A DNA stretch of 64,000 bases, from NCBI GenBank assembly GCA_030141605.1, contig JAQGDQ010000015.1:186001-250000 (forward strand), given 5' to 3'. Source of the DNA: Tubiluchus corallicola. Lineage: Eukaryota; Animalia; Priapulida. The notes beneath the pieces were generated by a model. The model was not told the origin of the DNA. It saw only the letters and a list, made by a program, of their open reading frames with translations, and did no database searches. Shown here piece after piece: positions 45,362 to 58,716 of this stretch. The position numbers and the translations under genes were made by a program. How positions within the stretch are numbered: the first letter of the stretch is position 1; each line of letters opens with the position of its first letter.

Positions 45362-48300
45362 TTATGAGGTGGCATTTGTAGATGGCGCAGCTGGTCGAGG
45401 CTGTTGTAATTGAGCTAGTGTCTCTTGCGTTGCATTATTTTTTAGTATAGTGTTCTCATATTCTAGCTGACTTATCCTGTCTGTCAGCTCCACAATCTTT
45501 TCCTTGAGAATGTCGACCTCCTCTCTGACAGCAACCATTAAATGGCTCTTTACCAGATCCTGAAATAACAAATTTGTTAACAAATAAATACATTTTTATT
45601 CCATTATACTAGCTATTGTAATAATAGTCCTGACTCCTACGCTCTTAAGAATTTACTGGATCCCAGTAGTGGAATACACCACTTTATACTATACACCAAG
45701 TGCACTCAAGGCCAAAAACAGTGAGGATGATTAAATTGAGACATGAATGCTTTGGATGATATTTTGACACTTTCAGAACTTTTACAGCGTTTAGGCCAGG
45801 CTTTATACTATTTGAGCATGACAATGCTAAACTCATTACAGTATGACTCACAAACTGCCATTGATAATGAAAAAGTGATTCTAAAATTTTCCGTCCACAC
45901 TAGTAGCTTACATCTTCTTGAAAAGACATAATTAGTTCAGATAACTTTCCTATATTATACATGTGGTATACAAAAATGTCAGTCATTTAAGTTAAGGTCA
46001 CATTATTCTCAACTAGTGAAAGAAGAAGTGACAGGAGAAGGGTCAGGGAGCCTTAGCAAAACTCAGTTTAGCCAGCTTAGGGACCTGGATGATAGTTTGC
46101 CTCAGTGGTTAGGCTAACCATTTTAAACTATCACCTGATTAAATATTTGTACAGACAAATATTATCCACTTTCATGTACATGTAATCATAAACAGATAGC
46201 AATACAGGCATTACAGGAAGAGAGTTTGCAACTTATTTAAAAACTCACCATAGCTTGCTCAATCTTGTTGTCAATAGCAACAGTACTGTTGGAAGCACTA
46301 AAAAGAAAAAATATCATTATAAACTCAAGAAGGACAAACAAGATACGCTAATTGTAAACATATTAATAAAAAATACGTGTAATTATTCTATTGAGTGCCT
46401 TCTTCTGCAAGTAAAAGTGTGAACAATGCAGAATTTTGGATAAATCAGTAACACCAGTGTTTTGATGGCACAGTTGTTTTTCTGGTTTATGCAACCAACC
46501 CAATCAATGACCGGTGACAACATCAACTGTGTTTGTGAATAAATTTAAATCTTTCAAAAATGAATAAATAGATGAAAATGAATGTATTGCATTACATACC
46601 AGACTTTCTACAGCTTAAGGGCTGGTACTATACAGTTAAATGTTTAAGATATTTATATAATCAGAAAAGTGACTTCTTGACTTCTTAACACAAAAGTTAC
46701 AAAAACTGCAGAATTTAAACAGTTAATTTGACATTTTTAGAACAATAGTATTGGTACACTAGTAAAACAATAAAATGGTGCTGAGAGTAAAACAGTAAAA
46801 ATTAAGTATCAAACAAAAATTACTTTATTACAATGTCATGCTTCCAGGATAGCTGTAGCATGCAAATTTAATTTATAAATATTATTACTACCACACGTAC
46901 CAAAAATTTGCATCATTAGTATTTAATGCACTCCAAATTGCCCTAACTTTTCTCAGTCACCCACATTACTTTTTTTAATTATAGGCAATTGGTATTAATT
47001 ATTAAAATCTTTGATTACAAGATGCAAGAATCCCATGCCTCTGATGGAAGTTTCTTAAAACAGTTTTGGCCTTTAGAAAACTATAAAATAAAAAATGCAG
47101 AGGTACAAAGAAATAAGTACTTCGATTACTAAAGTCGGCTCAACGTATTGGGACATCATGCATTTAAATTCCTTACTAAGAGACGTTAAGCGGTAGCCTA
47201 TAAGTATTGTTTTAATTAAGCTAATAAATACTAACTACACCTACAAAACTGTAAACTCAACAAATAACGCTTACAGTGAAATAGAAATTAAAAAAACGCA
47301 TTTTGTCATTTACTCAGCTCCTCGTACATCTGATAATGCAAAGAAATAAGAGGATAAGTAATGTTGCAGCTTTTACGTAGAAGTTTGTAGTAATAGGTCG
47401 TAACACATACTACATTTTAAGGTTAGCATGTAAAATCTCACGCCATTATAATATCTTAAACGTTACGAAATTTAGAAGCATCGACATAAAATTTAAATTT
47501 TACAACGTGTAATCAATGCGATTATTACTAATTACAATACACGCAAAGTCACAAATGTTAAATTAATGTGGTAGGTACACAGACGACTTGCACAACTTTT
47601 CAAAAAGCACAGAGAAATGCAACAATGGGATTCAACAGACAACAAAGCCCTTGTTTAGTTGATTGGCTACTAACAATTAAAAGCCATGCCAAAATCACAC
47701 AGGACGCACATACCCAGTGATATCCTGAACTGAGCCAGGCCACAATCCTCCTCTACATAAAATATACATCATTACTAAGCCATAGACCAATATGATATTA
47801 ATAAAGGGCAATTATATATATATATACGATATATAAACGAATGTTTTGCACCTGTGTGCTGCAGCGTCACCAAATGGAACAGAAGTCACACTGACAGGTT
47901 TTTAATTTTATCAAGTGAAGAAAATGTGATAGACACATGCATGTGTATAAACAAATTAACATAAAAAATTCACCGAGAAAATGATAGGAATAGCATTGGT
48001 AACGAATGTCAAGTCGTTAACTACATACAACTAACCATACCTTTTGAAATTTTATATAATCCAAAACAAATTTCGCTCTTCCAATCAATTTGTATTGAAA
48101 GCGAATACAACCATTTCATTTATCCCCAGGTAAAATATAATGGCAATTTACAAAAGAATTATTGTAAATCAATATTTGATGCACCACGCAGTAAATTAAA
48201 CAGTTTCGTATATGAAATCACCACGGATAAGCGAAAACGGCCTGTAACATTAAATAAGTTTTTTCTAAGGAACGTAACCATTTATAAAGCCGCAAGCAAA

Positions 48301-51300
48301 CCGACATTTTGATTAGAACCAACAGCAAAGATATGAAATTGTCGGAATATAAAACAAGTATTCCTTCAGGAAACATTAGATACCTCCATGTACAGTGAAA
48401 GTAGTTGTTAGTCCCTGGACAATACGTAATGATTGACTAGATTACGATATAACGATTACGAGTTGGGTGAAATGTAGAATTTAGCTATAAATAATAAGTG
48501 GGTGATTTTATCAAAGCCTCGAGCTATTTTAACCTTGATTTTCGATATAAGCATATGCTCCTCAAGCTTGCAGACCTTCATTCTTTTCAAGACAGCATAA
48601 AATTAACGAGGCACTTGAGTTTGATAAAGCCTAAAGCTATCACAATTCCGGGCCTCACCGGCCAAAAACTATTCAAAGACTAATTAAACCTCATCAAAAT
48701 AAAAACCATATAACATTAGTTTGAGAGGAGTTATGAGCACGCATTCTTAGCAGTTAACACGCATTTTAAATTTTAACATGTCTACCTCTCGTGTCAAAAC
48801 AAAAATCGTCATAAAATGCCATAAGCAAAACAACAGGCTACATTATTAACATTCGACGAAAAAGGAAATGGTAAGAAATACCTCCTTGGGGAACCCGACG
48901 ACAGTTTACAGCCACCGTGACGTAAGCAAGTGGCAAGATCAATGCAACGCAAGTGGGCGATTTATAGACCAATAAATTTTTATTGCCCGGCTCATTAAAA
49001 TTTGCCATTTTGCAAGAGACTTCACGTTTATCAGCTGCTAACATTCAAATAACGAAGAATGAGATAACTTAAATCGTTATTAACGTTTTTTATGCTGTTC
49101 AGTACATTGTAAGTCGGATCGAACAGCTAATGGCAAGCCTATTGCTAAACTTGCATACTTCTTGAGGCAAGACAGGAATCTGTCTAACACTGGAATAACA
49201 TTAAGAAAAGCTCGGTATTTTGCAACTGGAACAAATTCAGTGTTATCAATGCTTACTAGGAATGTAAAAGCTATCGACTGTCGCAAGTATATATGTACTC
49301 TGTAACCATAATATTTATGTGACTTATTCTCAGTCAACCATCAAAAGTATTATAGGCCTGCTACAGACTTTCAATTACTACTAAGTTTCATAACTTTTAA
49401 AGTAACGTCAGGTAACCGTTAAAGGTTAACGTATTATAGACCGTAATAACCAGCAGAATATAACGATAATTACAGAAAACAATAAATATTATAACTGCTA
49501 CGCAAATGAAATAAAACTACATTTGCATTCTGGTGACTGTTGATGTACTGTGGAGTTAAAACACTCCGGCACCAGAACAACAATAAACAAATCATGCCCT
49601 GACTGAGAAATCTTACATGTAATAACATAAAATCATTTTATGACGTAGTAAGTAAGACACAAATAATGTTTTTACAAGATTCGCTGCTCTACATTGAAAG
49701 GATACTGCGAGTACCGGTAGCTAGTTAAATATAATTCAGTAAGATAGTTTTGCAGTCGCTTAATATATAGTGTGTAATAATAATTGCATCTTTTCTATGA
49801 AGTCAATACAAGTTTTTTGGAAATATAAAATATCAACACATACAAAATTTTACAAAACACATTTATAGAATATGCATCTTATATTCTGACAAATTTTTAT
49901 GAAAAACTTTTCTATGAAAACCCTCAGGGATCTACTCGCACTGCTCTATTAGACTGATTGTGTTCTCACAACAATTAGTTTTATTCCAAGTATGGACGGA
50001 TCTTTAAAATTTAAATAATTACTCCACATTTTTCACTTTTGCCTATCTGCGAACTCAAAACAAGTCAGGTTGTAACTTCTGTGATCCAGTAATACCTTAT
50101 CACACTTGGGTTTTGTTCTGAAAAGTAATTTCGCTACCAGACCCGCTTTGAGAACTTAATAATCGTCAGAATTTAATTTGAACTGTCAGTCATTGGCCAG
50201 GCACCAGATTTCCTTTAGGCTGAATTTTGAATTTTGCACATACAACCCTTAAAAAGCTTAAAAGTCCAGGCTGAAAACGACTCCCGTATGACCTTGACAG
50301 CAGCATTGAACTGCATGTGGGACAAGTAAACAAGAACGACAAACAAGCTTCTCTGGGTGGCGCACCTGTGTTTAGATGATTACTCAAAACCTGGAAAATC
50401 ATATAAAAAATGGTGAGACATCCTGAGGCTAGTCTAGATACCAAGGTAACATGTGGATCTGACTGTGATGAAAACAGCTGCAATTCACGCGGAACAGAAT
50501 ACTAAAGCACTACAAACGTAAATATTCTTAAGTGACTCGAGACATACACCTGCCCTTGCAGACTTTTAATTATCGATACAGAAAAGACAGGTTTTGTGAT
50601 AATACACACTAAGTCAACAAAGTCGGGTTATGAAAACGAAGGCTCACAGAAAACTTCTCAAATCCGCAGAGATTTACACTAACAGAGTTAACGGGGGATG
50701 TATTCTTCAACAACGGGAATATTTGTTGTGAGCTTTGGATACAGCCACTATTTAAAATTTAAATACCAACTCACACGATTCCCAGCTTCTACTGCAAGAT
50801 CAACAAATAGGATAACAATTAAACGCTAAGAATTTTCGTACACACGTAAAACTAGGTCGAAATTAGGACAGGTTTCCTGGGAGGTTTACAAACACGTCCC
50901 ACACATGTTGATCATCTGAGATGCAAGTATATCAAGGTCAGGCTAATGACTAGCAACTTACATCTAATAACAAGAGAAAGCGGGATTTTATAACCCACTT
51001 TGACACAGTAACAGACCAAGACCGAGAGACAAAATCATTAAGTTTCTCCACAAGGCGACAAATGAAAGAATCTATCAAAAATGAACACTTTCCTAATCAT
51101 AATCATCTTGACTATACCGAGGTGCTATTGTTTATTATATCATATCAGAGAACTTCTTTAAATACAATAAAATGGTCCAAAAGGTTAATCTAGTTCCGAG
51201 TATTTCGTTTAAAAGTTAAAATGGCAGCTAATAAAGTGACCAAATTAAACTGCTAATTAAATGAACAATTATGGACTATACCCAAGAATCGACTTTTTTC

Positions 51301-54300
51301 TACGCTACGGATGTCGTTTAAACAGCCGTCGGTAAAGGAACAAGTGAATTTACAATTTTAAACAAGTTAATTAATAACTACGATCCATAGAAGTTAATTA
51401 CAATCTGACACACAAGAATTAATGTCAAAAAAGCGAAAAACGACGATTTTAAATAACAAAGCCGAACCACTCGCAATACTTCATTTAAATTATGATTAAA
51501 GTGACATCAAAGCATTCTAAAGTTTTTTGCAAGTCAATTATTTATCCATCCCCGTCGAAATTACTGTAGGCAAGCAGCATGATGAAAGTCTCGAGGCTGT
51601 TTGATAAGCCATCAACTAACAAGTATATCAAACAAACGTGTTTGATATGTAAATTTTTCGCCACACCCTGACGAGAAGTGCACCATTAAAATTACAGCCT
51701 AATCTTAGTTGCCAAGGTCAGAGCGACAGAGTTCAACTTCGCAAAGAGAGCTATAATAGACAAGTGATTACATGCATGCTGTACAAGTACCTTTCATTTT
51801 CAGCATTTCAACGTCAGGGTCAAAGTAATCATTGGCAATGAACTCAGTGATCAGTAAGAAATGATGAGACAAGTACATTATGTATATACCGAATTAACTT
51901 ACAGTAAAAGAGGGCATGTTGCACTGAGTACTAATATTAAAACTGAAAAAAACGTAAATTCAGTTTGATATAGCTTATTCTGTTTATTATCAAAATCCAT
52001 GTACTGGCCATAAGCTATAGGCCAAACACATTCTAATGTGTCGTGCGTGCAATATGCAAATGTTCCTAAAATTTAAATATCAAGGTTCGTATTGATTCGA
52101 TGATTTCGTTAAACATCTTACAATTAATACTACTGACCTTTCTTTTACTTACACGAGCAAGCAATGCATGATTCACAAGATACAAAAGTGCAGTAAACAT
52201 ACTGCAAGGAAGCTGGTACAGAAATGAAAGTACAAGTTGCATGATTTAAAAGATAAACAAACACACCAATCGAAACCTACCTATGTATCTCAGTGATTAC
52301 GTCTGCCCAAAGTAAACTCAACTTATCGATAAACCATCGATCATTGATCAGCAACTTTTGACGACTTTTCGGCACCATGCTGTTGTTGTTTAAGTTTTGT
52401 GAGGCACGCATCACACGTCCGTCGTTAGACACCATGCGAACTAGAATGAGTCGAACGAATAGCAAAAATTTCGACAAGGTCGAATGGAGATGTGTATGCA
52501 GCAACAAACTCAGTTAACTCGTGCATAAAAGAAAAACTCTGTATTTATTAAAGAACATGAAGTGTATCGCAAAGTTTCATTTTTAGGTTAGGATCATAAG
52601 TTTTAGATCGACTTTCTCAATGAGTAAAATGTTGAAAACAGGCGTAACGAAACAACCAAAACATATCTCGAAAGTTTGAGACTTTATTTAGAAGCACTAG
52701 TCATTACTAGCCACATTCTTTCAAATGCAAGACTAACAACGCCCTCTTACACTAAAACAACAAACTATGACAGGCATGGGCGGGGCCGGTCCACTATATG
52801 GTCAACGCCTTGGATAGTCAGTGAATTACATTTTCATTAGAACGGATCTGTTTACGTTTGATTTGTGACATGAATTTGTAGTAAGAATTCAAAATAAACC
52901 TATTTTGATTCATAACATGAAGTACTGCAAAGAACCAAACCCTGAAGGATGTGAAGTTTGGCTTGCATTGCATTATGAAACCACTGTTTTATGACTGTTT
53001 GCCTGACATAATTATGAGTGAAAAACGGGAACATGAACGCTCGCGAAGTAACAGGATAGATAAGTTAGCGCTTCATGCCTTACGACATCTGGAAGATGCT
53101 TACAGCATGCTTTCAAAAACTGTGCCATTAAATAATGCTGTTACAGGAAGTGGGAACCGCGCGCAAATGTTTAACAAATTAAATTAATGTATAAGTAGTG
53201 ATAGAGACCTAAAAATAAAGAAAAAACAACAACTGCACCACTTCCACCACCAGGTGTCAGCAGATGGTCAGTCTGCAGTTGCCCAAAATGCTGTTCAAAA
53301 ACCACACCCGACTTTGGCTCCCCCGGTTTAGATTCGCCCTGGCTTCATCCTGCTGATTTCTCTACAAATAATACACATGTACACGTTTATTTTGATTTTG
53401 GCCCACTGATATGCGCTGCTGGCTTGCTGCACATTTTTGCTTTTGTTAATAAAAAGAGAACAGCACTGCTGTGAACGTGTGACGTCACAAGCTTGCTCTT
53501 TACCCTTGAGACACCTTCGCGGCTTCATCCAAGAAAGAGGCAGTGCACATTAGATTACAATAAGATGATGCGCTATAGATTTTGATGCACTTCGTCTAAG
53601 TTTTGTGGCTGACAATTTTGACAGTTTTCTCACATAATGAAAATTTCTGCTTCCACTTTCTAGTTTCGCTACCTGTCTTGTTTACTAGACAGAAACTGAA
53701 AACGGTATCTGTGTGCTTGACTCAGAAATAATAATGTAAACGGCCTAGCTGAATGTATACAAATATCAGAATTACATGTAGTGGAGCCCACTGGAAAGAA
53801 CTCACGCAGACGTGCACAAGTTGCATGTTCGTAATTTAGTAAGTTATGGCACAACTGGAAATTTTTCCAACAATAACAATGAATCTTCATGAGTAGTGTC
53901 AATAGAAAGAAAAAACAATATTTGCTGCACTAAATATTGATCTCAATAACGTGAAATTTGAAGTGGCTTAACATTAGAAAAAAAACACGCAGCAGGCATC
54001 TGCAGCAATAACGTGAATGGCTGATCTAATCAACAAAAAACTGCAGAAACAAACAAATACAAATGCAGCCTTACATGTGTCCTTTCAGATAAGATACCAT
54101 TAATACACTTGGAACAGAGGGTAACTTGAAAATTGTCAGCAACAAGACAGGGAATTAATAAAGACTGCAAATGGTAATGACAGTAAATGACAGCTACTGC
54201 TCAGTATAGTTCAAGCAATTATGTCATGACGGCCACATTCACTACGAAGACAAAGCTGCTGAGATCACTTACTTTTGCCTGTCGCATCAAAAAGGCAAGG

Positions 54301-57300
54301 TCATGGTGAGTACAAATGTCATTTCAAAGGCCGAGGTAACCTCTTGCACACACGCTGTCAATAGTAAACATTACAGTATGATGGCACGGTACACATACTG
54401 GATGCACATACAATAAATCTATTTATGTACAGCTCATACGAAGTCTAAATAGCCAATGGTCAGTTCCCAGTCCAAAATTCATTAAGTCTTTCCTTGACCT
54501 ACTTATGTGGGTATTTACGGCCAGCTGCCAGATGGCTTTGAGATTACGAACGCTAGCGATGGTCAGCACATAATCAAATGACGTTATTAGTTCTACCGCT
54601 TACGGTCGTACCTTGGAATTACCCCCAGTAAGTCTGCAGCTGAAAGATTTACAAAACAGAACACACAATAATGCAAAGTTTTGTCAATATATCTATATAC
54701 ACAATAGTAAGTTATCAAAGTCATGGTCAGACTGACTCAGACAGCATATTCAGAAATTTCAGAGAAATAAGTCTATCCGATCTACCTTAGATCTCATTCT
54801 CGAAGTTGTTTAAATTTGAGAAAATACATTACTAGGTTTTACTCTACGGGACAAGGCTACTAAATTAAAAAAAGACGCCGAAAGATCTTCAAGTTATTTG
54901 GTAAGCACGCCGCAGAATGCTGTTTAGTGTGTAATCTTTCTTTATCAACGGTTTGTGGTTGTTTTTAATCAGAGTCAACTACGTACTAAGACTATATGAG
55001 AAACATCAATTCACATTACCGGTGCTCAGTTATTTGCGAAATTTTTAATAATCCATGAGCATCGGTCTGTTCAGCAACGATTTCTATTCCGAAATAATGA
55101 ATGGCAATGCAAAAATATTTGGCCAAATTCTTTCGCTGCTGTCAAAAGATAAATCTTAGTTTCTGGCTTCATCAGATGCGTCGCTTGACGTCAGCCGCAC
55201 GTCAATCATCAATTTTAATGCAAAAACGCAAACAATTTTTTATGTTGCTGCTGCAGCAGCAAAAAGCTCATATAGCAATAAGTGCGGGAAGCAATTAATG
55301 TATATCACCAGTATTTCCCATTTAAGAGTTTTATGCAAAGTTGTATTCGATGTATTGTACTGTGTTGAGTCAATTACTTTTTAGATGTACTATCACCGCA
55401 AATACATTTGCTCTCCTGAAAAGTACGTTGGGTACCATGGCAACGGCGTTTCAGCAGCGCCAATACTTTCCAAGGCTTTGAAACCTAAGTAATATTAACT
55501 TTTGTTCTTTTCTTAAACACAGTAAGAGACACAAATAACTCAATTAACTGAAGTTACTAAATAATCAAATACGTGGACTTTGTTTAGTGTCTCTTTGCCG
55601 AGACGACTACCGCTATTATTAGCGGCTTAATGAAATAGTTATTCGATCTTTAGACGTAACATAAACACTATATCAATAAATCAGAATTCGGAACAAGTTT
55701 ATAATATCCAGGTTCTACAAATATTCAGATTAACAATCGTCTTGTCGTTGATGTTATAGATCAATTGTATGATAAATATATTGCAAAATGTAAAAGAAAT
55801 AACTTTAATCTATTGAAATCTACCAGGATTGAACATTCCCTGGGCAATATATACTTGTGTTGCAAAATCGTAAACCTGATTATTATTTGCCTAAACCATT
55901 ACAATATCTGACACAACCAGTTTATCCCCAACTGTTAAACAAGAATGCTGGTCGAAGAACGTTGTAGAGAAATATTAGTTTAATCAAGGTGACATTTGTC
56001 TAAGCTTATTAATACTTTCCAAGTTTAACAAGACTTAGTGTCTGAACACAAAAGCTTATTCATTGTTCACATCTTCAACTCAGTGAAAGCGCTTTTCCAG
56101 GAAAATGCTGTAATGAATCCCTGCTCTTAGCTTATGATATCACCATATAAGCAGTAGGCGGTAATAACGCATCACGAGCATCAAAGGGTAGCATAAATAA
56201 TAAATCAGACATCACGTTTCTACCTGCACTCTGTAATTAACCTAAGTGCTGCAGTAATGCACATGGATCAGTATTCAGCTTACAAACACAAATACATATA
56301 TTGCAGAAATGTTTTGCTTCACACTAATTCTATAACGACAGGCCCCTCTCCTCCCCCAAAAAACACAAGCCCTCGTTTTGTCATACACAGAGAGAAAAAT
56401 TCTCAAGTTAGACAAAGGTTTCATTACTGGATAACAAATTTAGGGTGAAGCTATGTCATTTATGCAAGCTGGTATAAATATATATATATCAGAAAAAAAG
56501 GAACGACAAACCAATGTCATGAAATGGGTAAAATGATCTAAAATACCTCAAGTATGAGTAAATCCAGACTTCTCTTCATACCAATCGAGTACAATCATCA
56601 TATTACAAAAATAATATAATGCGCGATAAGGCATCCTTAGAAAATGATCCCTTAAGTCAACTTGTTATAATGCGGTCAATTAGACTGCCAGTTAACCCAG
56701 GTAAGTCATTTTCTAATTATTAGTCTATTAGTAAACTACAAACAACTTGCATTGTAAATTACTGACATTTATAAAACCAATGAACAAATTTGGCAAAATT
56801 TTGCTTAGCAGACATACCATCAACAATGTACTATTCTAAATAACACAGAAAACAAGCAGTGGCACCTATAAACACTACAACAATTACAAAATTCGATAAT
56901 TAGTGCATGTTCAGCTGCTTAGTGCTTACCCTAAAGAATTCAGAAACTTGTAGATTATGAAGTCGCGATCGTAGTTACACTTGGATAAACTCGATATGAC
57001 TTTATTGATGATGCCTTCCATACCACACGCTGGTTCATTTATATTGTTGACAAGCAGGACAGAAGAGAGAATGACAAACAACGACGACACTGAACAGTGC
57101 CAGTGGAATTTTCCACTGCTGATGCTAAGCAACAAGAAATTTTATGAAGCATGAGCGTAGCCGGTGCAGCAACACAGAGAGAAACACATAACACTCGACG
57201 TCATCTAGCAGAAGGAATCCAATTTCAGGCGGCAGTGTTTAGCCTATACTGAAATTAGTCAACTAGCGCCATCTATAGTCGAAGAAATGATTTTACACTC

Positions 57301-58658
57301 AATTCAAGTGTTTTTAAATTCATTCAACGTACATAAGTCTTACAAATCAAGAATCAGCGTACATTAGTAAAATTATCACGTTATGATTTAGCTGTAACAT
57401 GTAATTTAAATAAGAGTACATTGATAATGATGACAACTATCATTAGGGGTACTGCACAATGCACAACTAACACACGTCTCAGTTAACAATGCACACCATC
57501 TCCCAACTAGTGCTATCTTTATTCATCAATTTGTTTTTATGTTCTTTCAAGCCTCACTCAATCGATCAAACAATTAATCCAACAATTAAAAGTTAACGAA
57601 GAGGAAAAAATGGGCGCAATGACAGAATAAATGTAATTATCACGTGCATTACATGTTACAGGCAGGTAAAACAAGGTATTGTACAAAATGCCTACCTAGG
57701 CATTTCATTGAGTGCCGAAATAAACCAGGTAAAGTGTCTGAAAATAATTTCTTTTACACCCTAGGCATTATATATAACACAAAAGTACAGTATGCTTAGA
57801 CAAAGTGTGTAATACCACTTCAAAATTCTGGCGTTCCACTGTGGAAAACAGAAGACGACATATCAAGATGGAAGATAATGGCATTATCAGCATATATTTA
57901 CTTACAAAAGTATTTGAAAATAAGATTACTTTGGAAACAAAAATTATAATATTCTCGGCCTTAGTTGAAGCTGTATTTCTGTACAACTCTGAGCTACGGA
58001 CATTTTTAAAAGCAAATCATAAAGGAGAAATTGATGCGTTTCAAAGGCGAAATTACAGAAACATTTTGGGTATCAGCTAGCGAAAGAAAATCTCAAACAA
58101 AGATCTGTATGAAAAAACAAAAGAAGATAAGCCATAGAACCAGCCAGGAAACTTACAGGAGGACACGCGTTAACATATTTAGATTTTGCACAGGAAGATT
58201 TAAATACATCAGCACTGATCCTTAGAGATAAACGCACTTGGAACACTGCAGCGAGTAGGGAGTCCTGGCATAAGGAGGTGAACAGAATCATGTCCCTGGA
58301 TGTATGAATCATTGGACGATGATGCCGATGACGCCAGTTGGAATGCTGCTGACGTTTCGAATGTTTTAAAATGTTTGACTTTCATTCCTTTCGAGTATGG
58401 AATTCAACTCGTTTTGGTAGCAATGAAGAAGACATTCTTGTGAATTCGCTGGAAAATTTGACGAGGAAGGCTAGTTTCCTGATATGTCCTGGCCGACGAA
58501 GACATTCTTGTGAATTCGCTGGAAAATTTGACGAGGCAGGCTAGTTTCCTGATATGTCCTGGCCGACGAAGACAGTATTTCATGATGGTGAGCATGATAC
58601 TCTGGCTGTTTGCTATTTTGAGTATAGTGATATTGTTAATGTACTAGTCACATTCATG

Positions 58659-58716
<58 letters not shown>

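Noticed and set aside
46467-46533. Hairpin as pre-miRNA
   Set aside because: Short stem with a large asymmetric bulge and G-U pairs that work only on the strand opposite the host gene.
48838-49044. ORF as another TSC22 first exon
   Set aside because: Its only plausible donor (GAG|gtattt) is phase 1, incompatible with the phase-2 acceptor at 46297.
58431-58570. Direct repeats as a CRISPR-like array
   Set aside because: Two contiguous 70-bp copies with no spacers, inside a eukaryotic LINE fossil; no cas genes.
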